A DNA stretch of 63,505 nucleotides, counting the filler, from Stramenopiles sp. TOSAG23-3 (lineage: Eukaryota): the NCBI GenBank assembly GCA_900128585.1. It is 5 parts of 5 records of this genome, joined end to end, with 100 filler letters (N's around TTAATTAATTAA, not from the genome) between each part and the next. Parts side by side here need not be neighbours in the genome. Positions count along the whole stretch, not along the records: positions 38,189 to 50,803 come from LT642677.1; positions 50,904 to 63,505 come from LT642678.1; 3 more parts are not named here. One strand, written 5' to 3'. Positions 43,021-54,082 of the stretch are shown here, in pieces. Numbering within the stretch: position 1 is the first letter of the stretch; every line of letters starts with the position of its first letter. The notes under the pieces were generated by a model. The model was not told where the DNA came from. It saw only the letters and a program-made list of their open reading frames with translations, and made no database searches. A program made the translations under genes and the position numbers.

Positions 43021-44300
43021 CGTGAGTGGTAGTGGTATAGTGGTTGTTGTGTTGGAGGGGGAAAGTGGGTCCGTATAGGTGAGAGAAGGGAGAAATGGAG
43101 AGGAGAGACAGGCAAACCGGCAAACTGTAGGGGAATGGATTCCAAATCAAGTAAATGAAATACAAATTAAATTTATATTAAAATATCTATATTTTATATA
43201 ACAATAATTGTTGGAGTAGTAATTGAGAATTGTTGTTGGGAGCAATTATTATTATTATTTGGAGGAAGAGAAGAGAAGATAATTAATATACACACCAATA
43301 AAATAATAATCACCTTCTTTCTTTCTTTTATCTTCTTCTTTTATTGTTTCTTCTTTCTTCTTCTTCTTTTATCTTTTTTTATTTCTTCTCTCTTCTTCTT
43401 TCTTCTTTTATCTTTCTTCTTCTTTTATTTCTTCTTCTTTTATCTTCTTCTCTTCTTTTATTTCTTCTTTTATTTCTTTCTATCTATCTATCTTCTTCTC
43501 TTCTGATGGAACTAACAGCCTAAGCCTTTTTATATATATACACAGCAGGGTCTATTTTTATACCACAAAATCAATTTCTTTTACTTCTTCTTCAACTAAA
43601 AAAATTAGTTATTTTGGTCTGAAAGGATTTTACACATTTTTTTGTTCTAATTTTTATTTAATTCCTCGTAGACCATAGTCACTATAATACTCATCTTCTA
43701 GCATCCAATTGTCAAAGAAAAAGAATAAAAATAGAATAAAAAAATTCAGTTCAGTTCAGTACTTTTTTTATAGACTAATAACCCACCAATCCATCCATCC
43801 ATCCATCCATCGTCCATTCTATTCTATTCTTATATTAGAGTATCTATTCTTCTATAACTTATTTCTATTTCTTCTTCTATTTATTATTATTATATTTAAT
43901 AATAATAACCATTCATTCAATATTTTACAATCCCACCTATTTCTATATTTTAGTATTTTTATACATTTAATAAAATACTTTTTATTATAATTATATATAT
44001 TTTATAATAATTAAAATATACATACCTTAATTTATATAATACTTCAGTAAATTTTTTTCTTTTTTTTTCTTCTTCTTCAAACAACAAGAAGAAGAACCAA
44101 CAAAGCAAAAAACAAGAAAATGAAGAAAACTCAACTCACTATTCATTTTGTTACATTACACAACCTATGACGTACCAATAGCGTATATGTACATATTTCA
44201 TTATTTCTCTCTTTGTCATTTCTAGCGTCATTTTACATACGCACACACACATTCATTCCTTCTCTCTCTCTTTCTCTCGCCGTCGTTTTACACCACCACC

Positions 44301-45875
44301 ATGCTCTTGTCCACCCTGCCCCTGCGCGCTGCGTCTCGTTTGGCGTCCCGGGCAATGTCGACTGGGGGGACTCCCAACAACGGCCTGGACCTGCTCATAC
44401 AGAACGCCGCGACGGTGCAGGAGAACGACTCGGTCGTGCGCCTCCTTGATTTAGGGGTAAAGGACGGAAAGTTCGTGGAAATCGCCAAAGCCGGGAGCGT
44501 CCAGGCCGACCGGGCCACGGCGGTCCACGACGCGAAAGGGCTCATGGCCTTCCCCGGAGTCGTCGACGCCCACACCCACATTGCAGGAATCTACCAGGAT
44601 ATTGAGCTGGACATGTTCCAAGAGTCCAAGTGCGCCGCGCAGGGCGGGGTGACCACCGTCATGCCGTACATTCGGTCCGGCCAGTGCTACCTGTGGGAGG
44701 GGGGCGCGTACAAGGACCTGTACCAGAAATTCCTTGACCACGCGACGGACAACTACCACTGCGACTACGCGTACCACGTCTCGCCGATCGAGGGCCAGCA
44801 CATTGGGGAGCTCGAGTGGCTCATCAAGGACCAGGGCGTCGTCTCCCTCGGCGAGGTCTTCATGTTCTACGGCCAGCACGGCCTCCACGGGGCCAGGACA
44901 AAGGAGCGCCAGCAGGACTTTCTCATGCTCGAGGCCGACGACGATCGGTACGACCTCGGCCACTACGACTTCGTCCTTCGGGAGCTTGGGAGGCTCGCAG
45001 AGAAGCACCCGGAGCTGAAGGAGTTCATACAGATAGGCTTCCACTGCGAGACCCCGGAGCTGTTGGCAAAGTGGACCAAGCTCGTCCAAGGCCGGGGGGA
45101 CCAAGGGCACAAGGCCTGGTCGGACGCGCGCCCGACCCACAGCGAGGGCCTGGCGATCTGGACCGCCGCGTACCTCTCCGCCAAGGCCAAGGTCCCGAAC
45201 GTCAACATCCTGCACATCACGTGCGCCGATGCCATGGAGGCCGCGCTGAACGTGGAGAAGATCTTCCCAGACGTCAGCTTTGGCAGGGAGGTCACCGCCG
45301 GGCACCTCCTCCTCGACTACCACAGCCTGGACGACAAAGAGCCGTGCTGGATGAAGGTCAACCCGCCCATTCGCTCCCGCGAGGACGTCGAGACCCTCTG
45401 GGAGCACGTCGCGCAAGGGCACGTGGACTGGATCGTCACCGACCACGCGTCCGCGCCGACCGACTTCAAGGTGAACGCCGAGGACCCCACGAACATCTGG
45501 GACGCCAAGGCCGGGTTTGGCGGCGTCGAGTACCTCCTCGCGGGGATATACAGCGAGGGCGTCGTCAATAGGGGCGTCCTCACCCCGCAGGACGTTGCCA
45601 GGATGCTCTGCAGCAACCCCGCCAAACGCTTTGGCCTTGGAAAGTCGAAGGGGTCCATTGCCGTTGGGTACGACGCCGACGTGGCCCTCTTCGACCCGAA
45701 CAAGAAGTGGACCATAGACGCGAACGACTCGTTCTCCACGCAGACGTACACGCCCTTCCAAGGGATCGACGTGACCGGGCAAGTCCAGTCGACCTTTTTG
45801 AGGGGAAAGAAAGTTTTTGACAACGGGGACGTCGTCGGGGCCCCAAGCGGGAAAAACCTCGTCCGACCAATGTAA
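44301..45875 (+). CDS. cyclic amidohydrolase (allantoinase/dihydroorotase/hydantoinase family), mitochondrial-type presequence
   Basis: PGVVDAHTH, GGVTT, FHCE, ILHIT, KVNPPIR, VTDHA, NPAKRFGL and KGSIAVGYDAD motifs. Confidence 0.9.
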   Translation: MLLSTLPLRAASRLASRAMSTGGTPNNGLDLLIQNAATVQENDSVVRLLDLGVKDGKFVEIAKAGSVQADRATAVHDAKGLMAFPGVVDAHTHIAGIYQDIELDMFQESKCAAQGGVTTVMPYIRSGQCYLWEGGAYKDLYQKFLDHATDNYHCDYAYHVSPIEGQHIGELEWLIKDQGVVSLGEVFMFYGQHGLHGARTKERQQDFLMLEADDDRYDLGHYDFVLRELGRLAEKHPELKEFIQIGFHCETPELLAKWTKLVQGRGDQGHKAWSDARPTHSEGLAIWTAAYLSAKAKVPNVNILHITCADAMEAALNVEKIFPDVSFGREVTAGHLLLDYHSLDDKEPCWMKVNPPIRSREDVETLWEHVAQGHVDWIVTDHASAPTDFKVNAEDPTNIWDAKAGFGGVEYLLAGIYSEGVVNRGVLTPQDVARMLCSNPAKRFGLGKSKGSIAVGYDADVALFDPNKKWTIDANDSFSTQTYTPFQGIDVTGQVQSTFLRGKKVFDNGDVVGAPSGKNLVRPM

Positions 45876-46077
45876 AGGGGCAGGCAGGACGGCATTCCGC
45901 TTGAACGATCAACATCTGAATTAAAAATAGTCAAAAATGAAGAAGATAAAATTTTAAATTATGTGCCTAAATTAACAGCCATTATTTTGTTTTTAATGTG
46001 TAATACTACACGTAATAAATTTTAAATACCCAAATAACAGCGCCATTGTTTTGTTGTGAAAAGGCTTTTTATATGTG

Positions 46078-47040
46078 TTACCGCCCCCCACCAACGTTCG
46101 TTGCGCTGGGAAAGCTCCACGGCGCGTCGCTCGAAGGGTCGTACTGAAGCAACTCGTAAAGCTCCTTTCGCACCATCATGTGCTCGTCGTTTGCCTCGGC
46201 CTCGAAGGTGCCGTCTTTCTGCAGCGTGTCGAGCGCCCCGTCCACCGCGCGCATGGCAATGCGGAACAGGCTCATCGGGTAAATGGTCACGTCGTACCCC
46301 AACTCCCCGTACTCCTGCGCCGTCAAGTACGGGCTCACCCCGAACTCGGTCATGTTGGCCAGAAGAAACGGGTGCTCGTCCCCGCCGCTCCCCCCGTGGG
46401 AACTTTTTATCGCGTCCGCAACGTACGCAAACTCCTCCGCCGTTCGAAGGCCCTCGGGGAAGAGCATGTGGGCGCCGGCGTCCGCGTACATCCGCAGGCG
46501 CTCCACCGTGTCGTCCACGGAGCCGTCCGCCACGCCGCGCGCATCCGTGCGGGCACAGACCACAAACCCGTCGTCCCGGGCCGAAGCCTGGACGGCGTCC
46601 GCGCACCGTTTCACCGTGACGGCAAAGTCGTCCGCAGGAACGAGCTCTTTCCCCTGCAAGTGACCGCATCGTTTTGGGAATACCTGGTCCTCAATGTGCA
46701 GCCCGGCGGCCCCCGCTCGAATGTACGCGTGCACGGTCGCCTCCGGGTCTGAAAACCCAGTGTCGGCGTCCGCCAATAGCGGAACCCCAGGGGAAACTGC
46801 GCTTGAAATGTTCCTAATTTTATATTCAAAATCCGTGCAAGCCATGACTCCCACGTCCGGGACACCCGTCAGAGCGCTCGTGCCCCCTCCCGATAAGTAC
46901 AACCCTTGAAACCCTTTATTTACTGCCATGCGAGCAACGATGCCATCGAAACACCCGGGCAAAATCAAAGACCCGTCCGTCTTCCCTGCTGCCCGGCGAG
47001 AACGTAATAATGCACGGAACGCATTTCCTGGAGACGGCAT
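46078..47040 (-). CDS. prpB: 2-methylisocitrate lyase-like (ICL/PEP mutase family, PrpB-type)
   Basis: YLSGG, DADTGF, HIEDQ..PKRCGH, ARTDA, LFPEG and LANMTEFG.SP motifs. Confidence 0.85.
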   Translation of the reverse strand: MPSPGNAFRALLRSRRAAGKTDGSLILPGCFDGIVARMAVNKGFQGLYLSGGGTSALTGVPDVGVMACTDFEYKIRNISSAVSPGVPLLADADTGFSDPEATVHAYIRAGAAGLHIEDQVFPKRCGHLQGKELVPADDFAVTVKRCADAVQASARDDGFVVCARTDARGVADGSVDDTVERLRMYADAGAHMLFPEGLRTAEEFAYVADAIKSSHGGSGGDEHPFLLANMTEFGVSPYLTAQEYGELGYDVTIYPMSLFRIAMRAVDGALDTLQKDGTFEAEANDEHMMVRKELYELLQYDPSSDAPWSFPSATNVGGGR

Positions 47041-47612
47041 GGACGGTGGGGTGCTGGACTTTAATTCTATATATAATTGAGTAAATGCGAATGAACTAAC
47101 AGCAGAAAATAACAATAGAACGAACGGTGTATTACTGATTATTCGATTGTTTTTTTTTAACAGATTTGTCAGGTCGGTTTGTGTGGCTTTCTTCTCATTC
47201 GTTTTCTATTTCATTAAACTCACTTCTTCCGCCGCCGCCCGATGGCTGCTGGGTGCTGGGTTCTTCTTTTCTTCTTTTTTTCTATAAATAATAATATAAT
47301 CACAACAACAAAATCTGCTGACTCGAAAAAAAATGGTCTTTTGCTGTTGTGTTGTTCTGGTAATTGTGGCTGGGTGGTGGTGGTGGTGTTTTCTCAGCAA
47401 TTATTTTAAATTTTAGAAAGAAAGGTTTGAATCCAGAATCAATTTGTTATATCGTTTCTTTTTATTTATTTATCTGTATCCGTCTTTCTTTCTTTACATT
47501 TATTGGTTTTAATTAATGTGCACGCCACAAAGAAGAACATACAACTAATTTCTTTATCTTTATAAACAATATATAGCCGCCTCCACAAAAGGAGTCAGTA
47601 TTAGAGCAAGCA

Positions 47613-48560
47613 ATGGCGGAGAAGAAACGGGGGCCAATACCCCCGCTGCACAACTTTATTTATTCCTCCGTTGCGGCATCGACGGCGGTCCTATTTACCA
47701 ACCCAATAGATGTAGCAAAGACAAGGTTGCAGCTCCAAGGGATAGCGATGGAGCAGGGTACCCAAACGGCGGCAGGGCAGAGATTGTACCGTGGTCCCTT
47801 GGACTGCATTGTGAAAACGGTTAGGGTGGAAGGGTTGACGGGGGCGCAGAGGGGGCTGACGACGGCGATCATTCGAGAAGCCGCCCTTAACTTTTTTCGA
47901 ATTGGAATGTTCGAGCCAGTGCTGCGGTACTATCACCAAGAGGACACCCCGCCCCCCCTTTGGAAAAAGGTTGCGGCCGGCGTGACGACAGGGAGCACCG
48001 CCGCGTTAGTGTGCAACCCGCTGGACCTGATGAAGACGAGGATGCAGGCGCAGGCCAGCGGGGCGAACGCTTCGGTGGGGTACCAACACAAGTTTGCCGG
48101 CGTCTTGGACGGGTTTTCGATGGCAGTGAAGCAAGACGGGGTCCTGGGGTTGTGGAAGGGGGTGTCGCCGAGTCTGCTCCGGCTGGCCCTTGGAAGCTCG
48201 GCGCAGCTTGCGTCGTACAGTCACATTAAAGAGTATGCCTTGGCCAACGAGATCGCCAGCGACGGCCCCCTTCTTCACATTGGCACGAGCTTTGCGTCCG
48301 TCGTGTTCGGAGTGACGGCGATGAATCCCGTGGACGTCGTCCGGACTAGGCTATACAATCAGCAGTCCTCGGCCGGGTCGGGAGGGGACCTCAAGTACCG
48401 CTCGGGGGTCGATGCGGCGTACAAGATTGCACGGTACGAAGGCCCGGGGGCATTCTTCAAAGGGTGGGGGGCCCATTACTTGCGGGGGGCGCCCCACGTG
48501 GCGCTCATTTTTGTTTTGCTGGAGCAGTTGAAGAAGCGCAGGCCCTTGGAGAAGGTGTAG
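47613..48560 (+). CDS. mitochondrial carrier (SLC25), OAC1/SLC25A34-35-like
   Basis: Three Px[D/E]xx[K/R]xR repeats (PIDVAKTRLQLQG, PLDLMKTRMQ, PVDVVRTRLYNQ); GSSAQLASY and R..PH. Confidence 0.88.
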   Translation: MAEKKRGPIPPLHNFIYSSVAASTAVLFTNPIDVAKTRLQLQGIAMEQGTQTAAGQRLYRGPLDCIVKTVRVEGLTGAQRGLTTAIIREAALNFFRIGMFEPVLRYYHQEDTPPPLWKKVAAGVTTGSTAALVCNPLDLMKTRMQAQASGANASVGYQHKFAGVLDGFSMAVKQDGVLGLWKGVSPSLLRLALGSSAQLASYSHIKEYALANEIASDGPLLHIGTSFASVVFGVTAMNPVDVVRTRLYNQQSSAGSGGDLKYRSGVDAAYKIARYEGPGAFFKGWGAHYLRGAPHVALIFVLLEQLKKRRPLEKV

Positions 48561-48715
48561 GAGGAAGGGGGCGAGCTGGTCTCTCCCTGTGTGCAATGGG
48601 AAAAGAGGGGGGGTACTCTGTACTCTTAAATAAGAGCAATAACGTTAAAAAAATGTTTTTCAAATAAAAAATTTCCGCGTAAAGACATTGCACGCGTGTA
48701 CGTTGAACCGCACCC

Positions 48716-50803
48716 TCACTTCACGGCCTTTCCCGCACTGCCCTTCGGCATGTTCACCCTCTTCCTCCCCCCCCATGTCCCTGCGCTTGTAGTAGTGCGG
48801 GGCAATCTCTTGCAGCCACTCCTCCTTGATCGGCGTGATCTGTCGAATGTACTCCTTCGAGGTGTACACCAGCTCGTGGTACACGAGCATGTCCGCGGGC
48901 GTCTCCTCCGACCGGAACAAACTGCTGGAGGGGTGCACGCTGACAACGTGCTTGCTCTTCACCGTGCGGTACGTTCCATTCTTTTGAAACTTTGCCGCGT
49001 TGAAGAAGAAGCCCGCGGTGATGCTCTTGGCGATGGCGATCGGGTTGGAGTTGCTCTTGACGCTTATCTCCACCCTGTCGCACATGGAGCGAAGCTGGGA
49101 GCGAATGTCCCGGGCCTTCTTCATGCTCTTGATCTGAATGAAGTTCTCGAAGCACCACGACTTGCTGCGGTTTGCCTGGACCCACTCGTTGTAGCAATTC
49201 AGCAGCAGGATGTGGTCGCCGTGCCCCCCCCCCGGCCGAACCTTTTCCGCGCGTTGTCGGCGTGGATCTTCTTGCCTTTCGGGCGAAAGAACACGCTGTT
49301 GGACACGTCCAGCATGGCCGCGATGGTGATGCACTCCTCCGTGCACTCGTACGCCTCGCTGGCGATCATCATCTTGGCCAGCTGCGGGTCGGACGGGAAC
49401 TCGGCCATCTTTCGGCCGAGCCGCGTCAGCTCCCCCTTGTTGTTCAGGGCCCCCAGCGCGTACAGCTTCTCGAGGGCCCGCATAAGGGTCTCGGCGGGGG
49501 GGGCGTCCATAAAGTCAAAGTTGATAAGGTTGTTGATGCCGAGACCCTTGAGTAGCAGGATGACGCTGCACAGGTTGGTCCGTTGAATCTCTGGCGTCGT
49601 GTTCTCTGGGAGCTCGTTCTCGTACGCCCATTTGGTGAACAGGCGAAAGGCTTTCCCCGCGCTCGTGCGCCCCGCCCGACCGCTCCGCTGGTTCGCTGCC
49701 GCCCTTGAAATGGGCGTCACGACCAAGCTCTCCATCCCCGTCCTTGGGTTGTAGCTCTTCTGTTTGCAAAACCCCGTGTCGATCACGTACTTGATGCCGT
49801 CGATCGTCAGCGACGTTTCAGCAATGTTCGTCCCCAGGATTACCTTGCGCCCGCCGTTCGGCGGTGCTGGCAAAAATATCTTCGCCTGCTCCTCGCTCGG
49901 CAGCGACGAGTAGATGGGCAGGACGACCAGCTCCTTGATCCGAGACCCGAGGCCCTGCGTCCGTCGCCGGAGCTCCTCCGCCGCGTCTTCTATCTCCTGC
50001 TGCCCCGTGCAAAAGACCAGTATGTCGCCCTCGGGCTGGGTGACGTGTATCTGGAGCACCGTCACCACGACAGCGTCGAGGTAGTTCGCCTCCGGCTGCT
50101 TGCAGTACATCGTGTCGACGGCGAAGCGCCGGCCCGGTATGTTGAAAATCGGCGCGTTGTCAAAGTACCTGCTGAACTTTTTGGCGTCCAGGGTGGCGCT
50201 GGAAATGATGATCTTGATGTCGTCCCGAAACCTTGCAATGTCCTTGATCAGGCCAAAGAGCACGTCCGTGTGCAGCGTGCGCTCGTGCGCCTCGTCGATC
50301 ATAATTGCTATGTAGTCCTTCAGGTCTGGGGTGTTCAGGAACTCCCGCAACAGCATCCCGTCGGTGAGGTACTTTATCACCGTCTTGTCGGACGTGCAGT
50401 CCTCGAAACGGATGGAGTACCCCACCTCTTTCCCTAACCGGACGCCCGCTTCCTCCGCGACCCGCGCGGCCACGCTCATGGCAGCCACTCGCCTCGGCTG
50501 CGTGCAGGCCACTTTTCCTATTTTCGTGTACCCGACTTCGTGCAGGTACTGCGGAATTTGCGTCGTCTTCCCGCTCCCAGTCTCGGCGACGACGACGATG
50601 CACTGGTGCTCCTGGATGGCCCGCAGGAGCGGCTCTCGCCAGGCGTATATTGGTAGCGATTTTCGAACTTCCCCGATCGATAGCGCGCGCTTCGGCAGTG
50701 GGGCGGCGGCGGGGCTGGGCCCCGGGGCCTTTTTCGCCTTTTTCATCCTCTCCCCGCTGCCGTCGACAAAGCCAATGTGCTCTTCGTGCAAAAATGTATT
50801 GTA
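48716..50803 (-). CDS. DHX16: DEAH-box splicing helicase (Prp2/DHX16-like), 5'-partial, two poly-G frameshifts (49224-49233, 48767-48774)
   Basis: [32 protein letters not shown] and QRSGRAGR motifs; HA2 and OB domains; C-terminal KRVNMPKG. Confidence 0.85.
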
Positions 50804-50903
50804 NNNNNNNNNNNNNNNNNNNNNNNNNNNNNNNNNNNNNNNNNNNNTTAATTAATTAANNNNNNNNNNNNNNNNNNNNNNNNNNNNNNNNNNNNNNNNN
50901 NNN
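50804..50903. other. artificial contig linker
   Basis: N44-TTAATTAATTAA-N44. Confidence 0.97.
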
Positions 50904-50905
50904 TC

Positions 50906-51403
50906 CAAAGCATTTGCAAGAGTCGGGATGGCGGCGGTATAGATTATTTAAAAGAGCACAGCGCCGCCCATCGGTTTACCAAGATAGCAAGCCATTACAA
51001 CAAAGCTGCTGATAGCAATGAATTCCTGTTTCCGATATCAACAAATATTATAGATTACGCCGGGGAAGCAAGCGCCGAGGGGCACGTCTCCATGCTTGAT
51101 TTTGCCGAAAGTTCCATGCAAATGATCTTTGGCGTCTCTGCTTCTGATATCATGAAGAGGCTTCATTCTATGGGCGACGACAACAATGCGTTGAAGAAGC
51201 GCTTGAATGCTGTTAACGAATCCATATACAAAGCGAACATGGGGCGCTGGAGCCAGCGCGACCTTGACGACCTCATGGATTCCGAAGTAAGGATAGCGGA
51301 CGCAGCGAACGTGGTGTTTTCGACAAGCCAGTCCAGCTTCAACCCATTGCAAGAAATGGGCCATAACGTCTTGAAGCTCGGCACATTGAAAAAGAAGTCT
51401 TAG
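50906..51403 (+). CDS. 5'-partial hypothetical protein
   Basis: Frame is open from the contig start (QSICKSRDGG...) through ORF 51092-51403. Confidence 0.55.
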   Translation, partial: QSICKSRDGGGIDYLKEHSAAHRFTKIASHYNKAADSNEFLFPISTNIIDYAGEASAEGHVSMLDFAESSMQMIFGVSASDIMKRLHSMGDDNNALKKRLNAVNESIYKANMGRWSQRDLDDLMDSEVRIADAANVVFSTSQSSFNPLQEMGHNVLKLGTLKKKS

Positions 51404-51458
51404 GTTTAACCACGTCTACGTTTATTCTTAAGATTCTGAATCTTATATTTTATTATTA

Positions 51459-51839
51459 TTAATGCAACGTCATGTAGACGATGAGAGCAGGCGCGAGTCC
51501 TTGCATGCATGCCACTGGGATGTACTTTGCCCCTCCTGTACTGACGAGAACAATACCTGCCCCTGCTTGAACAATGGATGAAGCACATAACAGCCCGGCC
51601 CCGAAATCAACTTTCTCCTTCGAAAAAAACATTAAATAATATCCGTAAGCACTCGACAGAGCCAGCAACAAATTATAAAACCCCTGGTTGTACGCAAAAG
51701 CAGCCACTTTCCCTGCATCCTCTTCACGCACACCAAATACTTTATGCGCCTTCCTACTTGTCCACCAGATCGACTCTAGAAGAAAGGCATACACGTGAAA
51801 ACTAAAGCTCACAAATAAACAAAGGCCAATGATCATCAT
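51459..51839 (-). CDS. DUF1304-like small membrane protein
   Basis: FHVYAFLLESIWW...F...YNQGFYN motif; four hydrophobic helices. Confidence 0.8.
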   Translation of the reverse strand: MMIIGLCLFVSFSFHVYAFLLESIWWTSRKAHKVFGVREEDAGKVAAFAYNQGFYNLLLALSSAYGYYLMFFSKEKVDFGAGLLCASSIVQAGAGIVLVSTGGAKYIPVACMQGLAPALIVYMTLH

Positions 51840-52278
51840 AGTTACTTATGGGCGCCTCTCTTTGCTCAAAACGGTCAGTGGACGATGATATCATATCAGC
51901 AATAATGCTCAACAATTTTCTCCCCCTTCGATATAAAATCAAAATTCTGACATCACAACAAATCCATTTTGTGTATGAAATATACGACGACGAGAAGAGT
52001 TTTTTTATCAATCATCCCAATCCATCCTCCTCCGCCCTCCTCCACCACCAGCTTCTTCTTTTTTTTCTCTCACCACATTTATTATTATTTATTAATATAA
52101 TATAATAATCTATAAAAGCAGCCCTTTATTTTATATAATAGAAAACTCATTGGCTATATATCTTTCATGTTCTAATTAATCCCTACCACTCCTCTGCCAC
52201 CTCGTTCAAAACTTATAGACTTCTTTTGCTGTACTGTATTTGCCCTGAACTTCGCTTGAGTTAAACAACAATACCATC

Positions 52279-53331
52279 ATGCCATCAGTTAAACCAGGGG
52301 ATACCATTGCGGTTACTGGCGCGAACGGCCTGGTCGCGAGTCACTGCATAAAAGTGCTTTTGGCAAAGGGGTTCGATGTTGCCGCATGCGTTCGTGACCC
52401 TACCAATGAAACGAAAGTGGCGCACTTGAAGGCCATGGCAGAGGGTGCTGCTGGCTCAATCGTCTTTTACAAAAGCTCGCTAGACGTCGACGGTTCGTAC
52501 GACGAAGCTTTTGAAGGAGCCCAAGGAATAATTCACACTGCGGCCGTCGTGCACGACCATTGGTCTCTTAGTTTGCTGGATTCGCACATCCAAGGGACGA
52601 CGCGAGTTGTAGAGAGCGCCAAGAAAAGCTCGACGTTGAAGCGGTTCATACAAACTTCTTCCATTGCTGCAATTATCGACCCATTTGTACACGAAAAAGA
52701 CCCAGAGCACGTTTTCACGGAAAAGGATTTCAATCAAACGGAAGACCCCTCGGTCACTGGTGATTTCTACGGCTACGCGAAGCGAGTCGCTGAAAAGATT
52801 GCTGTGGAAGCTGGGGCGGATGAAAATACTGGGTTCGATGCCGTCGTCATCAACCCGGGGGTTGTCATAGGCGAAAGTCTTTGCAAAGCGCACACGAAGG
52901 CATCGCCCGTATTTATTCGCCAAGTCGTTTATGGGAATGAACAGCCTGAAATTTACTTTAGTTGGTGCGATGCTGAAGACGTCGCAAACGCGCACCTGGA
53001 GGCCCTTACGAGAGAGGATGCCAGTAAGTCACCAGGTCGGTACATCATTGCGGACGATTTTCACGGTTCAGTTGTCGACGTCTTGCCTTTGCTCGAGAAA
53101 ATATTTCCAACTTATGCTATGGCAGCAGTGACAACCCCATGGTGGAAACGGGCAGCACAGTATTTCTTCATGAACAAGTACCAGTACGCCATGCTTTCCT
53201 CTCGAATGAAGGTTGATGGTTCCCTTGCGACTGAACGGTTGGGTATAAACTATGTTGGCATCGAGGAATCTTTGAGGCGGACAGTGGAATCAATGGTAGA
53301 GAATGGTTACATAAAGCCAAAGGTGAAGTGA
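52279..53331 (+). CDS. extended SDR, dihydroflavonol/cinnamoyl-CoA reductase-like NAD(P)-dependent oxidoreductase
   Basis: VTGANGLVASH, IIHTA, TSSIAA, YGYAK and INPG motifs. Confidence 0.9.
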   Translation: MPSVKPGDTIAVTGANGLVASHCIKVLLAKGFDVAACVRDPTNETKVAHLKAMAEGAAGSIVFYKSSLDVDGSYDEAFEGAQGIIHTAAVVHDHWSLSLLDSHIQGTTRVVESAKKSSTLKRFIQTSSIAAIIDPFVHEKDPEHVFTEKDFNQTEDPSVTGDFYGYAKRVAEKIAVEAGADENTGFDAVVINPGVVIGESLCKAHTKASPVFIRQVVYGNEQPEIYFSWCDAEDVANAHLEALTREDASKSPGRYIIADDFHGSVVDVLPLLEKIFPTYAMAAVTTPWWKRAAQYFFMNKYQYAMLSSRMKVDGSLATERLGINYVGIEESLRRTVESMVENGYIKPKVK

Positions 53332-54049
53332 GTTGTGCGCGAACTATTTAAAAGACCTCTGGTACTGTTACTCTTACTTTATTAGAAAATCAGGGTTGGA
53401 CAGACAAGTTTCATTGGTCAATGGCGTTTTGGCCCCACAAAGGATTTGAAAAGAGTCGAAGACGGGAGCCCATTTAGTCGGTCCCACGTTAAAATGCTTT
53501 ATATTTCTCCCTATTTTTCAATTTCTTTTTACTTCTTTATTTTTTGGTTATATTTGAGTTGTTGAATTTCCTAAAGACTGACAATTGTTTAAGTTTAAAA
53601 AACATAATTTGTTTCCATTTTCTTTCTTTCTTTCTTTCTTTCTTTCTATATATATTATCTCTTTTTTCTTCATCCTTGTCTTATAGTGTTATATATTAGG
53701 GTTTCATTATGTAGTTATAATTTTAATATGTATTTGTTCTGTTTTATTTCCTATATATACGTATTTTTGTATTATGTTCTTATCCTATTATATGTTTAAT
53801 ATATGCTATATAGACTATATAAATATACAAGTATAATCCATAATTCACAACGTTCACTTTTATTAGTTTTAGTTTTAGGCCTTCGACCTTCTTTAAAAAG
53901 TATCAATTTAAAGTGCAATAGTATTGAGTTCATCTTTTCATTCTTTCTTTCTTTCTTTCGTCATTCCGTTATTATTATTAATTATTAAAATATTAATTTC
54001 AATTTATTTATAGATGCTATTGTCCTATATAATATATAATTTAATAATA

Positions 54050-54082
<33 letters not shown>

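Noticed and set aside
39485-46752. Long antisense/alternate-frame ORFs (e.g. 39485-40543, 39916-40959, 41884-42837, 44451-45782)
   Set aside because: Shadow ORFs caused by high GC3 of the real genes; no recognisable motifs.
48767-49233. Possible programmed frameshifting or pseudogenisation of the DEAH helicase
   Set aside because: Both shifts sit in G8/G10 homopolymers, typical sequencing errors in an otherwise intact essential gene.
38755-50803. High GC as evidence that the metabolic cluster is a recent bacterial insertion or contaminant
   Set aside because: The eukaryote-specific helicase and mitochondrial carrier are equally GC-rich, spacers match the host style, and genes are not arranged as an operon.
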